Position numbers and translations under genes: made by a program. DNA of 60,232 nucleotides from Lachnospiraceae bacterium UBA7188 (GTDB lineage: Bacteria; Bacillota; Clostridia; Lachnospirales; Lachnospiraceae): assembly GCA_002490995.1 (NCBI GenBank), contig DKVC01000195.1, positions 1-60,232 on the forward strand, in the 5' to 3' direction. The notes under the pieces were generated by a model. The model was given only the letters and a program-made list of their open reading frames with translations, did not search any database and was not told the DNA's origin. This document shows, in pieces, positions 28,583-40,102 of the stretch (positions within the stretch are counted from its first letter, which is position 1; each line of letters opens with the position of its first letter).

Positions 28583-30391
28583 ATGATACACAATCCCATT
28601 TTGCGCGGATTTCACCCGGATCCCTCGATTATCCGGGTAGGAGAAGATTACTATATCGCCACATCCACATTCGAGTGGTGGCCGGGCGTGCGGCTTCATC
28701 ATTCCCGTGACCTGGTTCACTGGGAATTGATAGAGTATCCGCTCACCCGGGTATCACAGCTGGATTTGCGGGGAGTAGGGCCCTCCCAGGGGATATGGGC
28801 GCCCTGCCTCACTTATGACAAGGGCGTATTCTACCTGGTTTATACGGTGGTAAAGGCCTTTTACTGTAATATGTATGATACGGAAAATTATCTGGTGACG
28901 GCACAGAACATCCATGGCCCCTGGTCAGAACCCATAGCGCTGAATAATTTCGGGTTCGATCCCTCACTTTTTCACGATGACGACGGTCGCAAGTACATGG
29001 TCAGCATGGTGACGGACCACCGGGTTCCGAAGAAGTATGCAGGCCGCCTGGTGCTTCAGGAATTTGATGCGGAACGGGGCAGGATGACAGGGCCGGTGAA
29101 GGATATCTACCGTGCCGAGACCATTTTCCTGGAGGGACCCCACATTTTCAAGCATGGCGGCTGGTATTATCTGTTCAGCGCGGATACCGGTACGGGGGAG
29201 GCTCATGGGCAGACCATTCAGAGGGCAAAGGACATATGGGGGCCTTATGAGATGTATCGGCCTGCGGATGAAAAGCGCCGGGAAGGGGAGGCTTATTCCA
29301 TTCTGACTTCCCGTCATCATGAGGATATCCTGCTGCAGAAGGCAGGGCATTGCGACCTGGTGGAGACTCCGGAGGGAGAGTGGTATGCGGTGCACCTTTG
29401 CGGCAGAGTGTCCGGGGATTGTAATCCGGAAAATGCGGAACGGTTTCCTGGAGCCAGGAGATACATGCTTGGACGGGAAACCGCTATCCAGAAAATGCGT
29501 TGGACCCAGGACGGCTGGCTGGAATTGGCAGAGGGTGGAAACACGCCGAGGGAGGTGGTGGAACCCCCTGTGCATGAGGAAGGGCAGCCAGGATTGAGCG
29601 GAGAGTTCGCTTCGGAAGACTGTATATTGTATAGAGAGATGCAGGGAGATGTACAGCGGGATGGCATGGAGGGAGCCGGACAGCCTGGTGTCATGCAAAG
29701 AGATAGGCAACAGAATGCCATACAAAATGGCGGTATTCGGGAGAACAGGGGACGGAAAACGGTTCCTGAAAACGGCACCTCCCTCATCAGGGACGATTTT
29801 GATACCCCTGTACTTCATCTGGAATACCAGTCCCTGCGGATTCCCATGGGAGAGCGCTATCTATCCCTGACGCAGCGTCCCGGCTGGCTGAGGATGTATG
29901 GAAGGAGCGGCCTGGCATCCCGGTTTTCCCAGAGTTTGATTGCCAGGAGGGTGACGGAATACCATATGGATGCGGAAACCTGCGTGGATTTTGAGCCGGA
30001 GGTATTCAAGCAGATGGCGGGGCTGATTTTGCTGTATGATACGGATAATTACCTGTATCTTCATCTTTCCCACGACGAGGATGTGGGAAAATGTATTACC
30101 CTGTTGAAGGCGGAAAACAGGAAATACGAGTATCTGACGGACTATATCCCGCTGGAGATCGGCAGGGATGTGGTTCTGAGCCTTTCTCTGAGGGGGACGC
30201 AGGTACAGTTTTCTTACGGATTCCGTGGGGAGGGGCAGCAGGCAATAGGGCCATGTGTCAATGCAGGGTTTCTGTCGGATGAAGCCTGCAGGGAGGGCTG
30301 GTTTACCGGTGCCATGGTGGGAATCTGCTGCCAGGATTTGACAGGGTTCGGAAAGCATGCTGATTTTGACTGGTTTGAGGTGCGGACCTGA
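28583..30391 (+). CDS. GH43 glycoside hydrolase (beta-xylosidase/arabinofuranosidase-like) with C-terminal beta-sandwich
   Basis: NPILRGFHPDPSI, IWAP, GFDPSLFHDDDG, LEGPH, LGRET, FTGAMVG. Confidence 0.92.
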   Translation: MIHNPILRGFHPDPSIIRVGEDYYIATSTFEWWPGVRLHHSRDLVHWELIEYPLTRVSQLDLRGVGPSQGIWAPCLTYDKGVFYLVYTVVKAFYCNMYDTENYLVTAQNIHGPWSEPIALNNFGFDPSLFHDDDGRKYMVSMVTDHRVPKKYAGRLVLQEFDAERGRMTGPVKDIYRAETIFLEGPHIFKHGGWYYLFSADTGTGEAHGQTIQRAKDIWGPYEMYRPADEKRREGEAYSILTSRHHEDILLQKAGHCDLVETPEGEWYAVHLCGRVSGDCNPENAERFPGARRYMLGRETAIQKMRWTQDGWLELAEGGNTPREVVEPPVHEEGQPGLSGEFASEDCILYREMQGDVQRDGMEGAGQPGVMQRDRQQNAIQNGGIRENRGRKTVPENGTSLIRDDFDTPVLHLEYQSLRIPMGERYLSLTQRPGWLRMYGRSGLASRFSQSLIARRVTEYHMDAETCVDFEPEVFKQMAGLILLYDTDNYLYLHLSHDEDVGKCITLLKAENRKYEYLTDYIPLEIGRDVVLSLSLRGTQVQFSYGFRGEGQQAIGPCVNAGFLSDEACREGWFTGAMVGICCQDLTGFGKHADFDWFEVRT

Positions 30392-30491
30392 CGGGTCGGA
30401 TTTCTTTCATGGCGGGAGTGGGGCATAGAGATTTCGGAATCCGTATAGGATAAAGCCTGGAGATTCCGGAAGTATAAGAAAGGAGGCGTTC

Positions 30492-31592
30492 ATGGCGGAA
30501 ATATTTTCCTATCGAAATTTTTTTCGGCAGATGTACCGGAGACAGGGACAGAAATACCGTTTTAGTGCAGAAAATGAAGAGGAATTCCATGCGTGGAAAA
30601 AGGCTTTTCGGGAAGAATTAAATGAAAGGCTGGGCCTGAAACAGTTGGAAGCGATATGGGAAGGTTTCGGGTTGAAGAATCGGTTTTTCCAAAGTATTGG
30701 GCAGGAAGAAGCCGTGCAGGAGGAAGGGTATACGCGCCGGAGATGTGTTATGGAGACCCTGCCGGAGGTGTATATGCCCTTTTACATGCTGTGTCCGGAT
30801 GGCATAAGGGAAGGAGAAAGGCGGCCTGCCGTGATAGCAATCCCGGCGCATGGTGCCAACAAGGAGACAGTGGCAGGGGTGCTGTCCTGTCCTGAGGTCA
30901 TTGAGAAGCTGGAGAAGACGCCCAGGGAATCCTATGGAAAAAGCTTTGTAGAAAAGGGATATGTGGTATTTTGTCCGGATCCGCCGGGATATGGAGAGCG
31001 GGTGGAGGTGCCGTCGAGGGAGGATCTTTCATTCCTGCCCGGCACCCGAAAAAATCCTCTGGGAAGCTCCTGCAAGGATATTGCGCAGACTGCGGAGGCA
31101 CTGGGTTTCAGTATGACGGCATTGGAAATCTGGGATCTGATGAGGCTCGTGGATTTTGCGGCGCAGCAGGAATTTGTCCTTTCGGAGGATATCGGGTGTG
31201 CAGGATTTTCCGGCGGCGGGCAGTACGCCATGTGGCTGGCGGCTCTGGACGACAGGATCAGCAGGGCGGCGGTAAGCGGCTATGTGCACGGTTATTATGA
31301 GAGCATCCTGGACACCCATCTGTGTCCCTGCAATTACGCGCCCGGTCTCTGGCTGCTGGGGGATATCAGCGATATATGCTCCCTGATAGCACCCCGCCCT
31401 CTTTACATAGAAAACGGAGACAGGGATGTGGAAAACGGTCCCAGGGGAATCGAGGGACCGAAAGAGCAGGTGGAGAAAATCCGCAGGGCCTATCGGATAT
31501 TCGGCAAGGAGGATTTGCTGGTTCATTGTATTTTCGAAGGCCCGCATATGTGGTATGGCGGCTGTCTGGAACATATGCCGTGTATTTCTTAA
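30492..31592 (+). CDS. Alpha/beta-hydrolase, putative carbohydrate esterase
   Basis: GFSGGG nucleophile elbow, SLIAPRPL, C-terminal GPH. Confidence 0.8.
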   Translation: MAEIFSYRNFFRQMYRRQGQKYRFSAENEEEFHAWKKAFREELNERLGLKQLEAIWEGFGLKNRFFQSIGQEEAVQEEGYTRRRCVMETLPEVYMPFYMLCPDGIREGERRPAVIAIPAHGANKETVAGVLSCPEVIEKLEKTPRESYGKSFVEKGYVVFCPDPPGYGERVEVPSREDLSFLPGTRKNPLGSSCKDIAQTAEALGFSMTALEIWDLMRLVDFAAQQEFVLSEDIGCAGFSGGGQYAMWLAALDDRISRAAVSGYVHGYYESILDTHLCPCNYAPGLWLLGDISDICSLIAPRPLYIENGDRDVENGPRGIEGPKEQVEKIRRAYRIFGKEDLLVHCIFEGPHMWYGGCLEHMPCIS

Positions 31593-31681
31593 AATGCAGT
31601 AAAAGTGAATTTTGAAAAACTGTATATTAAGTGGTTTGGAGATTTTGAGAGCATATCAATAGGAAACGGAGGAAAGGGAAA

Positions 31682-32830
31682 ATGCAGCGGTATGAAGAAT
31701 GGGCGGATACGATAATCGGGAAAATCAGGAAGAAAATGGAATGGTGCAGCGAGAAAAACAAGGACAGGATTCCCTACAGGACCGACGAGAACGGCAATTA
31801 TGACGACAGATCTGACGTCACCATAAAGTGGCGTCCCGACGACGGCCTGAACTGGTGGACAAACGGTTTCTGGGGCGGCATCCTGTGGCTTTTGTACCAG
31901 GATACGGGGGAGGAACGCTATGCCCGGATTGCCCGGGTTTCGGAGAAGAAGATGGAGCAGTGCTTCCAGGATTTCTACGGGCTGCACCATGATGTGGGAT
32001 TTATGTTCGTACCCACGGCGGTGGCGGACTTTCGGCTGACCGGAAATCCGGATTCCAGAAGGATTGCCATGCATGCGGCAGCGATTCTGGCAGGGCGGTT
32101 TAATCCCGTAGGACGTTTTATCCGGGCATGGAACGATTTGGAGGAGGATACCAGGGGATGGGCTATTATAGACTGCCTGTTCAATCTGTCCCTGCTGTAC
32201 TGGGCCAGCGAGGAGAGCGGAGACCCCAGATTCCGCCAGATTGCCATGATGCATGCGGATACGGTCAGGGAGAATTTCATCCGGCCGGACGGTTCCGTGT
32301 GCCATATCGTAGAATTTGACCCGGAAACCGGCAGAAAAGTGCGCAGCCTTGGCGGACAGGGCTACGGCGAAGGCTCTTCCTGGACCAGGGGACAGGGCTG
32401 GGCGCTGTACGGTTTTACGATTAGTTTTCTGCATACAGGAAAACAGGAATACCTGGAGACGGCGAAAAAGGTTGCCGATTACTGCATGGCGCATGTTCCG
32501 GAGAGCGGTATCATTCCGGTGGATTTCCGCCAGCCGCCCCAGCCTGCATGGGAGGATTCCTGCGGCGCCTGCGTGATTGCGGGAGGCCTGCTGGAGCTGG
32601 CAAAGTGCATGCCGGAAGGTGAGCGGGAAAAATATGAGGATACGGCGGTAAAAATTCTCCGGGTCATAGCGGAAACCCGCGCGGATTTCGGGGAAAACTG
32701 CGATGCCATCGTGCAGAACTGCAGCGCTGCCTACCATACGCCGGAGCACCATTTTACCATGAGTTATGCGGATTATTATTTTATAGAAGCGATTTATAAA
32801 ATTAAGGGCGTGGGGAGGCTTTTATGGTAG
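31682..32830 (+). CDS. GH88 unsaturated glucuronyl hydrolase
   Basis: WWTNGFWGG, HHDVGFMF, IIDC, WTRGQGWALYGF, YADYYFIEA. Confidence 0.92.
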   Translation: MQRYEEWADTIIGKIRKKMEWCSEKNKDRIPYRTDENGNYDDRSDVTIKWRPDDGLNWWTNGFWGGILWLLYQDTGEERYARIARVSEKKMEQCFQDFYGLHHDVGFMFVPTAVADFRLTGNPDSRRIAMHAAAILAGRFNPVGRFIRAWNDLEEDTRGWAIIDCLFNLSLLYWASEESGDPRFRQIAMMHADTVRENFIRPDGSVCHIVEFDPETGRKVRSLGGQGYGEGSSWTRGQGWALYGFTISFLHTGKQEYLETAKKVADYCMAHVPESGIIPVDFRQPPQPAWEDSCGACVIAGGLLELAKCMPEGEREKYEDTAVKILRVIAETRADFGENCDAIVQNCSAAYHTPEHHFTMSYADYYFIEAIYKIKGVGRLLW

Positions 32831-34215
32831 ACGATAATTTGGAAAATCGCAGATACAATGTCAGGCAATATGGCGCAAAGGGGGACGGCGTTACAAAGGA
32901 CACGGAAGCCATTCAGCAGACAATCGACATATGCCACCGCAATGGGGGCGGAACCGTGCTTCTAACCGGCGGAACCTTTCTGTCCGGCGGCTTATACTTG
33001 AAATCTAACGTGATTCTGGAGGTGGATGTCTCGGCGGTATTAAAAGCCAGCGGTGAGATTTCCGATTACGGAGAGGATACCCACCATAACCGGTACCGGA
33101 ATGAGGAAGCCCTGGACAGATGCTTTCTTTTTGCGGAAGATGCCGAAAACACAGGCATCAGGGGAGACGGTAAGATAGATGGCAGCGCGGAGGCCTTTCC
33201 GAATGAAGGCAGCATCTATCGGCCCATGCTGCTGCGTTTTCTGAGGTGCCGTCACATTGTCCTGGAAAACATACGTCTGCACAACGCCGCCGCATGGACC
33301 ACTGCTTTTCTGGACAGCGAGGGTATCCGGATTCAGGGTGTGGATATTCAAAACAGGCAGAAATACAATGGGGACGGCCTGGATTTTGACGGATGCAGCC
33401 ATGTCTTTGTATCGGACTGCCGCATTCTGGGCACGGACGACAATCTATGCCTGCAGTCTTCCTCAAAGGCATATCCGGTGGAAGACATCCATATCGTCAA
33501 CTGCGCGTTTACGTCCCTTTGCGCTGGGATACGCATTGGGCTGAAATCCATCGGCAGCATCAGCAATGTGGTGGTGTCAAACTGCACATTCCATAATGTA
33601 TGGCGGGAAGGCGTGAAAATAGAGTGTACGGAAGGGGGGAATATTTCGGATATCGTCATCCGCGGGCTTGTCATGAAGAATGTGTCCAGGCCGGTGTGGA
33701 TTCTCCTGAATAACCGCTTCGAAACGGAAGATTACGGAAGCTCGATAGAATTGCAGGAGATGCCGTCCATCGGGACAATGCGCAACATCCTGCTGTCCGA
33801 TGTGGTGATAACGGATGAGGAAGAAATGAAGAATACCCACTATCGGTTTCAGAATGATATAATGGGAAGTCCCCGGTTCGGCGGCATGCGGATCGATGCG
33901 CAGGAGCAGCATCCGATTGAAAACCTGATGCTAAAAAACATATTTTATACTGCCATTGGAGGCGTGAAAAGCAGCGAGATTCCGGGTGAGTATCCCGAGG
34001 TGCTGGACAGGCTGGAAAAACCGGAGGGAATTTCTTCGGAAAATTATTATCCGGACTGGAGCCGGGCTGTATTCCTTGACTGCAGAAATGTCAGAAACCT
34101 GGTGGCAGAGGATTTGGTGTTCCATAAAGTATACCCGGACGAACGTGATGATTTTATTATTGAAAAGTGTGCCGTAATGAAGCAGGAGATATACTTAGGA
34201 ATTGTCGGAAAATAA
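32824..34215 (+). CDS. GH28-like pectin-lyase-fold glycoside hydrolase
   Basis: YGAKGDGVTKDTEAIQ, NGDGLD, GTDDNLCL. Confidence 0.82.
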   Translation: MVDDNLENRRYNVRQYGAKGDGVTKDTEAIQQTIDICHRNGGGTVLLTGGTFLSGGLYLKSNVILEVDVSAVLKASGEISDYGEDTHHNRYRNEEALDRCFLFAEDAENTGIRGDGKIDGSAEAFPNEGSIYRPMLLRFLRCRHIVLENIRLHNAAAWTTAFLDSEGIRIQGVDIQNRQKYNGDGLDFDGCSHVFVSDCRILGTDDNLCLQSSSKAYPVEDIHIVNCAFTSLCAGIRIGLKSIGSISNVVVSNCTFHNVWREGVKIECTEGGNISDIVIRGLVMKNVSRPVWILLNNRFETEDYGSSIELQEMPSIGTMRNILLSDVVITDEEEMKNTHYRFQNDIMGSPRFGGMRIDAQEQHPIENLMLKNIFYTAIGGVKSSEIPGEYPEVLDRLEKPEGISSENYYPDWSRAVFLDCRNVRNLVAEDLVFHKVYPDERDDFIIEKCAVMKQEIYLGIVGK

Positions 34216-34285
34216 CCGCAGCAACTGATTCAGGCAAAAAATCGGAAATACAATAAAACTTGCTATGAACTTGCAGCGGTTATTT
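34210..34285. repeat. Imperfect inverted repeat overlapping the GH28 stop codon
   Basis: AAATAACCGC.GCAA ... TTGCAGCGGTTATTT; a related arm AAATAACTGCTGCAAGTT at 52956-52973. Confidence 0.6.
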
Positions 34286-34585
34286 ATCCTGGATTACAGG
34301 GTTCGCGAAGCGGTTCCTGTAATCTGTAGATACTTCCTTATAGCCGGAAGTGCTTGTAAATGTATAGAGAGTGAGCATTTCCGCAGTGCAGAACCATTTA
34401 TAGGAAATGAATGATATCCTTTGCGTGTTACATCCAGGTCCATATCGAATATACAGCAACTATAAAAAGATATAACGCAGATGTTAAATGCGTTTACTAT
34501 AGGCATGGACGACAAATATATGCCCAAGTGCATACGCAGAAGAAAGAGGAATTGCCGTCATACGGAGGCGGCAGAAAGGAAAGCA

Positions 34586-36736
34586 ATGGAATTACAATCA
34601 ATTGCAAACGGTATATGGAAAGGAACCATAGGCGTGCCGGAGACGCATACTCCTGTAACCATGAGAAAATTTCCCATGCGGGAGGAAGCGCTGCAGCTTG
34701 TGGGAGAGGCGAAACTGCCGGAGGCGGCAGAGTGCATTACCTTCCGCAGAAATGCCAGAGGCCTGCAGATCATGCTGCCCATGGACAGCGATGAGGACAT
34801 CTATGGCTTCGGGCTGCAGCTGAGAAGCATGAACCAGGCAGGGAGAAAGAGGCTGCTGCGTGTAAACTCCGACCCAGCGGCAGATACGGGGGAAGGCCAT
34901 GCCCCGGTGCCCTTTTACATATCCACAGCAGGGTACGGCCTGTTTGTGGATACCTTCCGTCATGCGGAGTTTTATATGGGAACCAGCCTGGAGAAGGGGC
35001 GTTCCGCCCATTGCATGGAGGTGAACCAGGCTCATAAGGAATTTTCGGAGTCGGCGCTCTATGCCCTGAAGAAAAATGTGGAAAGGCGCACCGTTATTAT
35101 TGACCTGAAAGCCGTGGAGGGCGTGGATTTCTATGTTTTTGCGGGCAATGTGAAACAGGTAGTGCAGCGGTACAATCTTTTCTCCGGGGGAGGCTGCCTG
35201 CCGCCCATGTGGGGACTGGGGGTGTGGTACCGTTCCTACGGAGGAAGCGACCAGGAGGCGGTACGGAAGACGGCGCGCAGTTTCCGGGAAGAGAAAATGC
35301 CGGTGGATGTGCTGGGACTAGAGCCGGGATGGCATTCCCACAGCTATTCCTGCACCTATCAGTGGTCTTACCTGTTCCCACAGCCGGAGGAGATGACAAA
35401 GGAGCTGGAGGAAGAGGGATATAAGGTCAATCTCTGGGAGCATGTGTTTGTTTATCCTGCGGCGCCTTTTTATCAGGAGCTGATTCCCTTTTCCGGGGAA
35501 TATGAGGTGTGGAACGGGCTTGTGCCGGATTTCGCTACCCGGGAGGCGGAAGACATCTTTGCGGATTACCACAGAGAGGCCTTTGTACGGAAGGGAATTC
35601 AGGGCTTTAAACTGGACGAATGTGACAATTCCGACATGAATCCTTCCAACTGGTCGTTTCCGGATACGGCGGAATTTCCTTCCGGGATGGACGGGGAGCA
35701 GATGCATGCTGCCATCGGCGGGTTGTACCAGAATCTGATTTATGATGTGTACCATGGGGAGAACAGGAGGACATATTCCCAGGTGCGCTCGTCGGGAACC
35801 CTTGCCGCGCCGCTGCCCTTTGTGCTGTATTCCGATTTATATGACCATAAGCAGTTCATCCGTGGTATGGTGACCTCTGGTTTCTCGGGGCTGCTCTGGG
35901 CGCCTGAGGTGAGAAACTGCAGAAACGGCCAGGATTTACTGCGGCGTATGGAGACCATCATGTTCTCTGCCCATGCTATCTATAACTGCTGGCGGATTCC
36001 CAATCCTCCCTGGAAGCAGGTGGATATCGGGAAGAACCTGGCAGGGGAGTTTATGGAGGAGGCAGAATACTACACGGATGTCTGCAGGCGCTATCATGAG
36101 ATCCGGATGTCCCTGCTGCCTTACCTTTACAGCGCTTTTGTGAAGTATTGGAAAGAGGGGATTCCCCCTGTCCGGGCGCTGGCGATGGATTATGAGGATG
36201 AGCTGCAGGCAAGGAATGTGGATGACGAATATATGTTGGGGGACAGCCTGCTGGTGGCTCCTATGATCCTGGAGGACGGCGTATGCAGGAAGGTGTATCT
36301 GCCTGAGGGGAAATGGTATGATTTCTGGGAGGGCGATGTGCTGGTGCAGGATGCCGCAGAAGTGGAGGCCATAGAAGAGAACGTCCGGGAAGGAAAGGTT
36401 TTGGCGGGCAGTGCCGCGAAAGGCAATGAGATAGAAGGCGGAAAAGTTTATCTGATCCGTGCGGATTACGACAGGATTCCGGTGTTTGTCAGGGACGGCT
36501 GTATCCTTCCCCTGGCGGAGCCGGTGCAATATGTGTCAAGGGATACAGTTTTTGCCATCCATCCCAAGGTATACGGCGACGGCCGGGAAGGGTGCGTGCT
36601 GTATGAGGACGACTTTGAAAGCTTTGCCTTCGAGCAGGGCAGGCAGAATCGGGTGTCCCTGACGGCGGATGCGGAGCGACATATCTGTGTGCAGCGTTCC
36701 GGCGGGGAGAAGGAACGATACAGAATCCTGGGATAG
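34586..36736 (+). CDS. GH31 alpha-glycosidase
   Basis: HAPVPFYIS, PPMWGLG, GFKLDECD nucleophile region, LLPYLYS, YMLGDSLLVAP, YLPEGKWYDFW, IPVFVRDG. Confidence 0.9.
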   Translation: MELQSIANGIWKGTIGVPETHTPVTMRKFPMREEALQLVGEAKLPEAAECITFRRNARGLQIMLPMDSDEDIYGFGLQLRSMNQAGRKRLLRVNSDPAADTGEGHAPVPFYISTAGYGLFVDTFRHAEFYMGTSLEKGRSAHCMEVNQAHKEFSESALYALKKNVERRTVIIDLKAVEGVDFYVFAGNVKQVVQRYNLFSGGGCLPPMWGLGVWYRSYGGSDQEAVRKTARSFREEKMPVDVLGLEPGWHSHSYSCTYQWSYLFPQPEEMTKELEEEGYKVNLWEHVFVYPAAPFYQELIPFSGEYEVWNGLVPDFATREAEDIFADYHREAFVRKGIQGFKLDECDNSDMNPSNWSFPDTAEFPSGMDGEQMHAAIGGLYQNLIYDVYHGENRRTYSQVRSSGTLAAPLPFVLYSDLYDHKQFIRGMVTSGFSGLLWAPEVRNCRNGQDLLRRMETIMFSAHAIYNCWRIPNPPWKQVDIGKNLAGEFMEEAEYYTDVCRRYHEIRMSLLPYLYSAFVKYWKEGIPPVRALAMDYEDELQARNVDDEYMLGDSLLVAPMILEDGVCRKVYLPEGKWYDFWEGDVLVQDAAEVEAIEENVREGKVLAGSAAKGNEIEGGKVYLIRADYDRIPVFVRDGCILPLAEPVQYVSRDTVFAIHPKVYGDGREGCVLYEDDFESFAFEQGRQNRVSLTADAERHICVQRSGGEKERYRILG

Positions 36737-36812
36737 CGTCCTGCCACAGTGTGCTTTTTGTGAGGATGTGGCAGGAGAACTCCAGGGGAAAACGTACAGG
36801 AGGAATAAAAAT

Positions 36813-39800
36813 ATGCAGGATAGAACAGCATGCAGGCTGGAGGAACTGGTAAAAGAGGCGAAGTCTATGTTGTCAGGCACGTCCGGATGCCATACGGAGG
36901 CAGATCGCAGAGCGCTGGCAGATATGGTTTCCAGGGCGGAGAAGGCGCTGGCGGGGGAGGGAAATGTCTTTACCAGGAACAGGGAATTTCTGTCCCCCAG
37001 GGAAAACGAGGAGATTTTGTTTGCGTATGACAGATATACCATGGCGCCTACCTTTTTCGAAGAGGGAAAGGTGTACGGGCACTATGGGCTGCGGGAGGCG
37101 GTGGAATGGTTCCGAAGCTAGGACAGGGCGCAGTGGACGGAGGAACGGCTGCGGGACGCAGGGCGGGAGGTACTGGAGAAGGGAAGGAATTGCCTCGCCG
37201 GTGCGAAATACGGGCAGGGTGTGGGAGAATATGATTCCGCGTGCGGACAGCGCCTGAAGGAGCGTCTGCAGGCGCTGGAGGATTCCAGGGCGGAGGAACT
37301 GGCTCAAAACCTTGTAGCCTGCCTGGATGCCCAGGAGAGCTTTCGGTTTTCCCGGAGGTTAGCTTCAGAGGGGGCGCGGAAACCGTTTTTCCTGCTGCCG
37401 GAAGAGAAACTGCAGGAATTGCGGGAGAAGAGGAACAGCGGGAGCCTTGCGGGGCAGCAGTATGAGAAAATCAGGGCAGTTGCCCGGGAGACTTCCCTGG
37501 AGGACAGCAGAATCGCATATGAGCAGAAAGACGGTAAATATACCTATGAAGAGCTGAATAAGCGCTTTTCTATCTGGGGTAGGACAGAGCAGTCCGTAAA
37601 TGCGGTAACCCCGCCCGGAACCTGCGGCGCGAGACTGTCCCTGTGCCTTCCCTGCGAAGAGAATGAAGAACAGGGGTTGGGACATATATGGGTTACGGGT
37701 TTTCGGCTTCTCAGCGCCGATGGGCCGGAAATCCCCATCCCCAATGCATGCTTTGCGGTGCAGGGCGTAGGGGAATGCCCCGCGGTGCAGAGGCGGGAAG
37801 AAGGCTCCGCGGTGCAGGGCCAGGAAGCGGACGGCGCGGCGGAGGGATTTCCGGCCGGATGGCGCATGGAAGTGCAGAAGGGAAGCCCTGTCTGCAGGCA
37901 TGAGGAAACCGGGGCGGGGGAGTCCTGCCTCTATCTGTGCAATCCTACGCCCTCTGACCAGGTGACGGTGACAGCCCGGGAGATCCTGTCCCTGAAGGAA
38001 AACAGCGGCTATACCCTGTTTTTCAGGGCAAAGCAGGACGGGAAGTTTAAGGAGGGCTTCCGCGCCGTATTGGAGTTCCTGGATGAGGACGGCAATGTGA
38101 CCGGCCGTTTTGAACACGTTTATAATCGTAAAAGCGTCATACCGATGGGCCGAAAGTCGCTGAGCATGCAGTGCAATGCCATTGTCTATGCATTGGAGGG
38201 GAATGAGGAATATGCATGGAAGGCAAAATATGACATGCTCGCCTTTCTCAACGATTTCTGCCAGGGAGCGGAGTACTGGATGGTCTGTAATGCCAGGCCC
38301 GAGGGCTGCGATGCTTACGGAGCGGTGCAGGCGGGACGCATCATGTGTTCCGCGGCAAGTACCTATTCCCTGATAAGCCGTTCCGGTGTTTTTACGGAGG
38401 AGGAGAAACAGTTCTTTTATGGGATGGCGGATTATCTGCTGCAGTACTGTCTGGACATGCGTGACAGAATGTCCATGTCCATGGAGAGGGTTCAGCGGGG
38501 ATCCAGCAACTGGCAGACGGATATGTGCATCGGTGTAGCAGCCCTTATGGCAGTGCTGCCTGATTTCCCGAACCGGAAGACGTGGATGTACAACGCCGAG
38601 GCGGTGCTGAAGGCGCAGCTGTCCAAGAACCTGAACCGGGATGGCTCCTGGCCGGAATCAATCCGCTACCATCATGCGGCGCTGGAGCATTTTGCAAGCT
38701 TTGCGGCGTTGTGGAGGCAGGAAACAGGGGAGGACTGGCTGCAGGCCACCAGGCTGAAGGATATGTTTGCCTATACCATACATACCGTAACGCCGCCCTA
38801 TGCATATTTTGATGGACATATCGGCACGCCTCCCTTCGGGGATCACAGGCTGTCCGGGGGAACGGAATTTGGTATCTACGGACTGTATCTGCAGAAAATC
38901 GCCGGACTAGATAAGAAGCTGGCCGATGAAATGTACCAGGTATGGCAGAAGGCCGGATATCCCGTGAAAACCCTTGGGGGAGAAGCGCTTGCCCTGGAAA
39001 ATCTGCTTTATACGGAACCTGAGGCATTTCGGATCAATGCGGAAAACCGTCTGCGTCCGGAGTCCGCCGTGAACTATCCGGATTCCGGGATTTATATATT
39101 CCGCCGCAGGGGTGAGTCGGGAAAAGAGAATTATCTTGCCGTTATGGGATCGGCAAAGCCCATCGGGCACGGCCATCTGGATCAGGGTTCCTTTATCCTG
39201 TATTATCAGAATGTCCCGGTGGTCATGGACAGTGGTGTTGAAGGCTATTTTGACGCCTCCACGCAATGGCATCTGTCTTCTTATTCTCATGCCTGTCTGC
39301 AGTTTGCGGCAACGGAGGAAGAGCAGAAGACCTTGAGGACAGAAAATAGGGTTATCAATCTGAATGCCGGGAACTACAGCTTGGACAGGGGATGGCTGGA
39401 TGTTTCCCGCCGTTCAAAAGTTACTGAGACAGTCATCGGGGATGAGACAGACAGGATCACCCTGGAGATAGAGCATCCTCGCGGAAGGGAGAAAGGCATA
39501 CATTACAGGACGATTTTGTTTGAGAAAGCCTCCGGCGCCGTGACAGTAGAAGACCGCGTAGAAGGCTATGCGGGGAAAATCCTGTTCTCCATGCCCCTTG
39601 CGATGAAGACGGCGCGGGTAGAGGGGCAGCGCGTCTGGGCGGAAGGGTATTATTCTGTCAATGCAGCGGTGGAATTTTTGGCACCGGTACAGAAAATTTA
39701 CCTGGAAAAAGGACGCACGACTCCCATGCTTCCGACAGCAGACGAAGTTCCCATGCTGCTTTACGTAAGGGCGGAGACGGATGCTTCCCAGGGATTCGCG

Positions 39801-39827
39801 GTGCGCATACATCCCTGTGAAGGATAA
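36813..39827 (+). pseudogene. Heparinase II/III-type polysaccharide lyase interrupted by one in-frame TAG (37119-37121)
   Basis: ORFs 36669-37121 and 37221-39827 share one frame and the DNA between them is open; DGSWPESIRYH, PPFGD, GHGHLDQGSF motifs; ATG 36813 after AGGAGG. Confidence 0.8.
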
Positions 39828-40063
39828 TGGTTCTGATTCTATTCTAACACAAGGGCAGGGGAGCTTTTCAATCCGCCTTTTCTTACTGTACAGCGATTTT
39901 ATCCGTTTCATCCTGAAATGGGGTAACTGATTCATGGACTGTATGCCGGATTGTTCCTCAGCATTCCGGAAGGCAGTGTCCCGGCGGGGAGAAGGGATGT
40001 TACGGAATCCCGGGACAGGCATCCTGGGCAGCACAATAGGGAGGCAACTACAATTTTTAACAC

Positions 40064-40102
40064 AGGGACTTTGAAAAGTAACGGTTTTCAGAGTCCTTTT
40101 TT
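40064..40102 (+). terminator. Intrinsic terminator
   Basis: AGGGACTTTGAAAA-loop-TTTTCAGAGTCCT followed by a T run. Confidence 0.65.

Noticed and set aside
37119-37121. Genome-wide TAG recoding or pyrrolysine insertion
   Set aside because: TAG ends several intact genes here (154, 21431, 24267, 32830, 36736, 44467); no pyl genes or suppressor tRNA are in the window; the ABC gene with the other TAG also has an H-loop substitution
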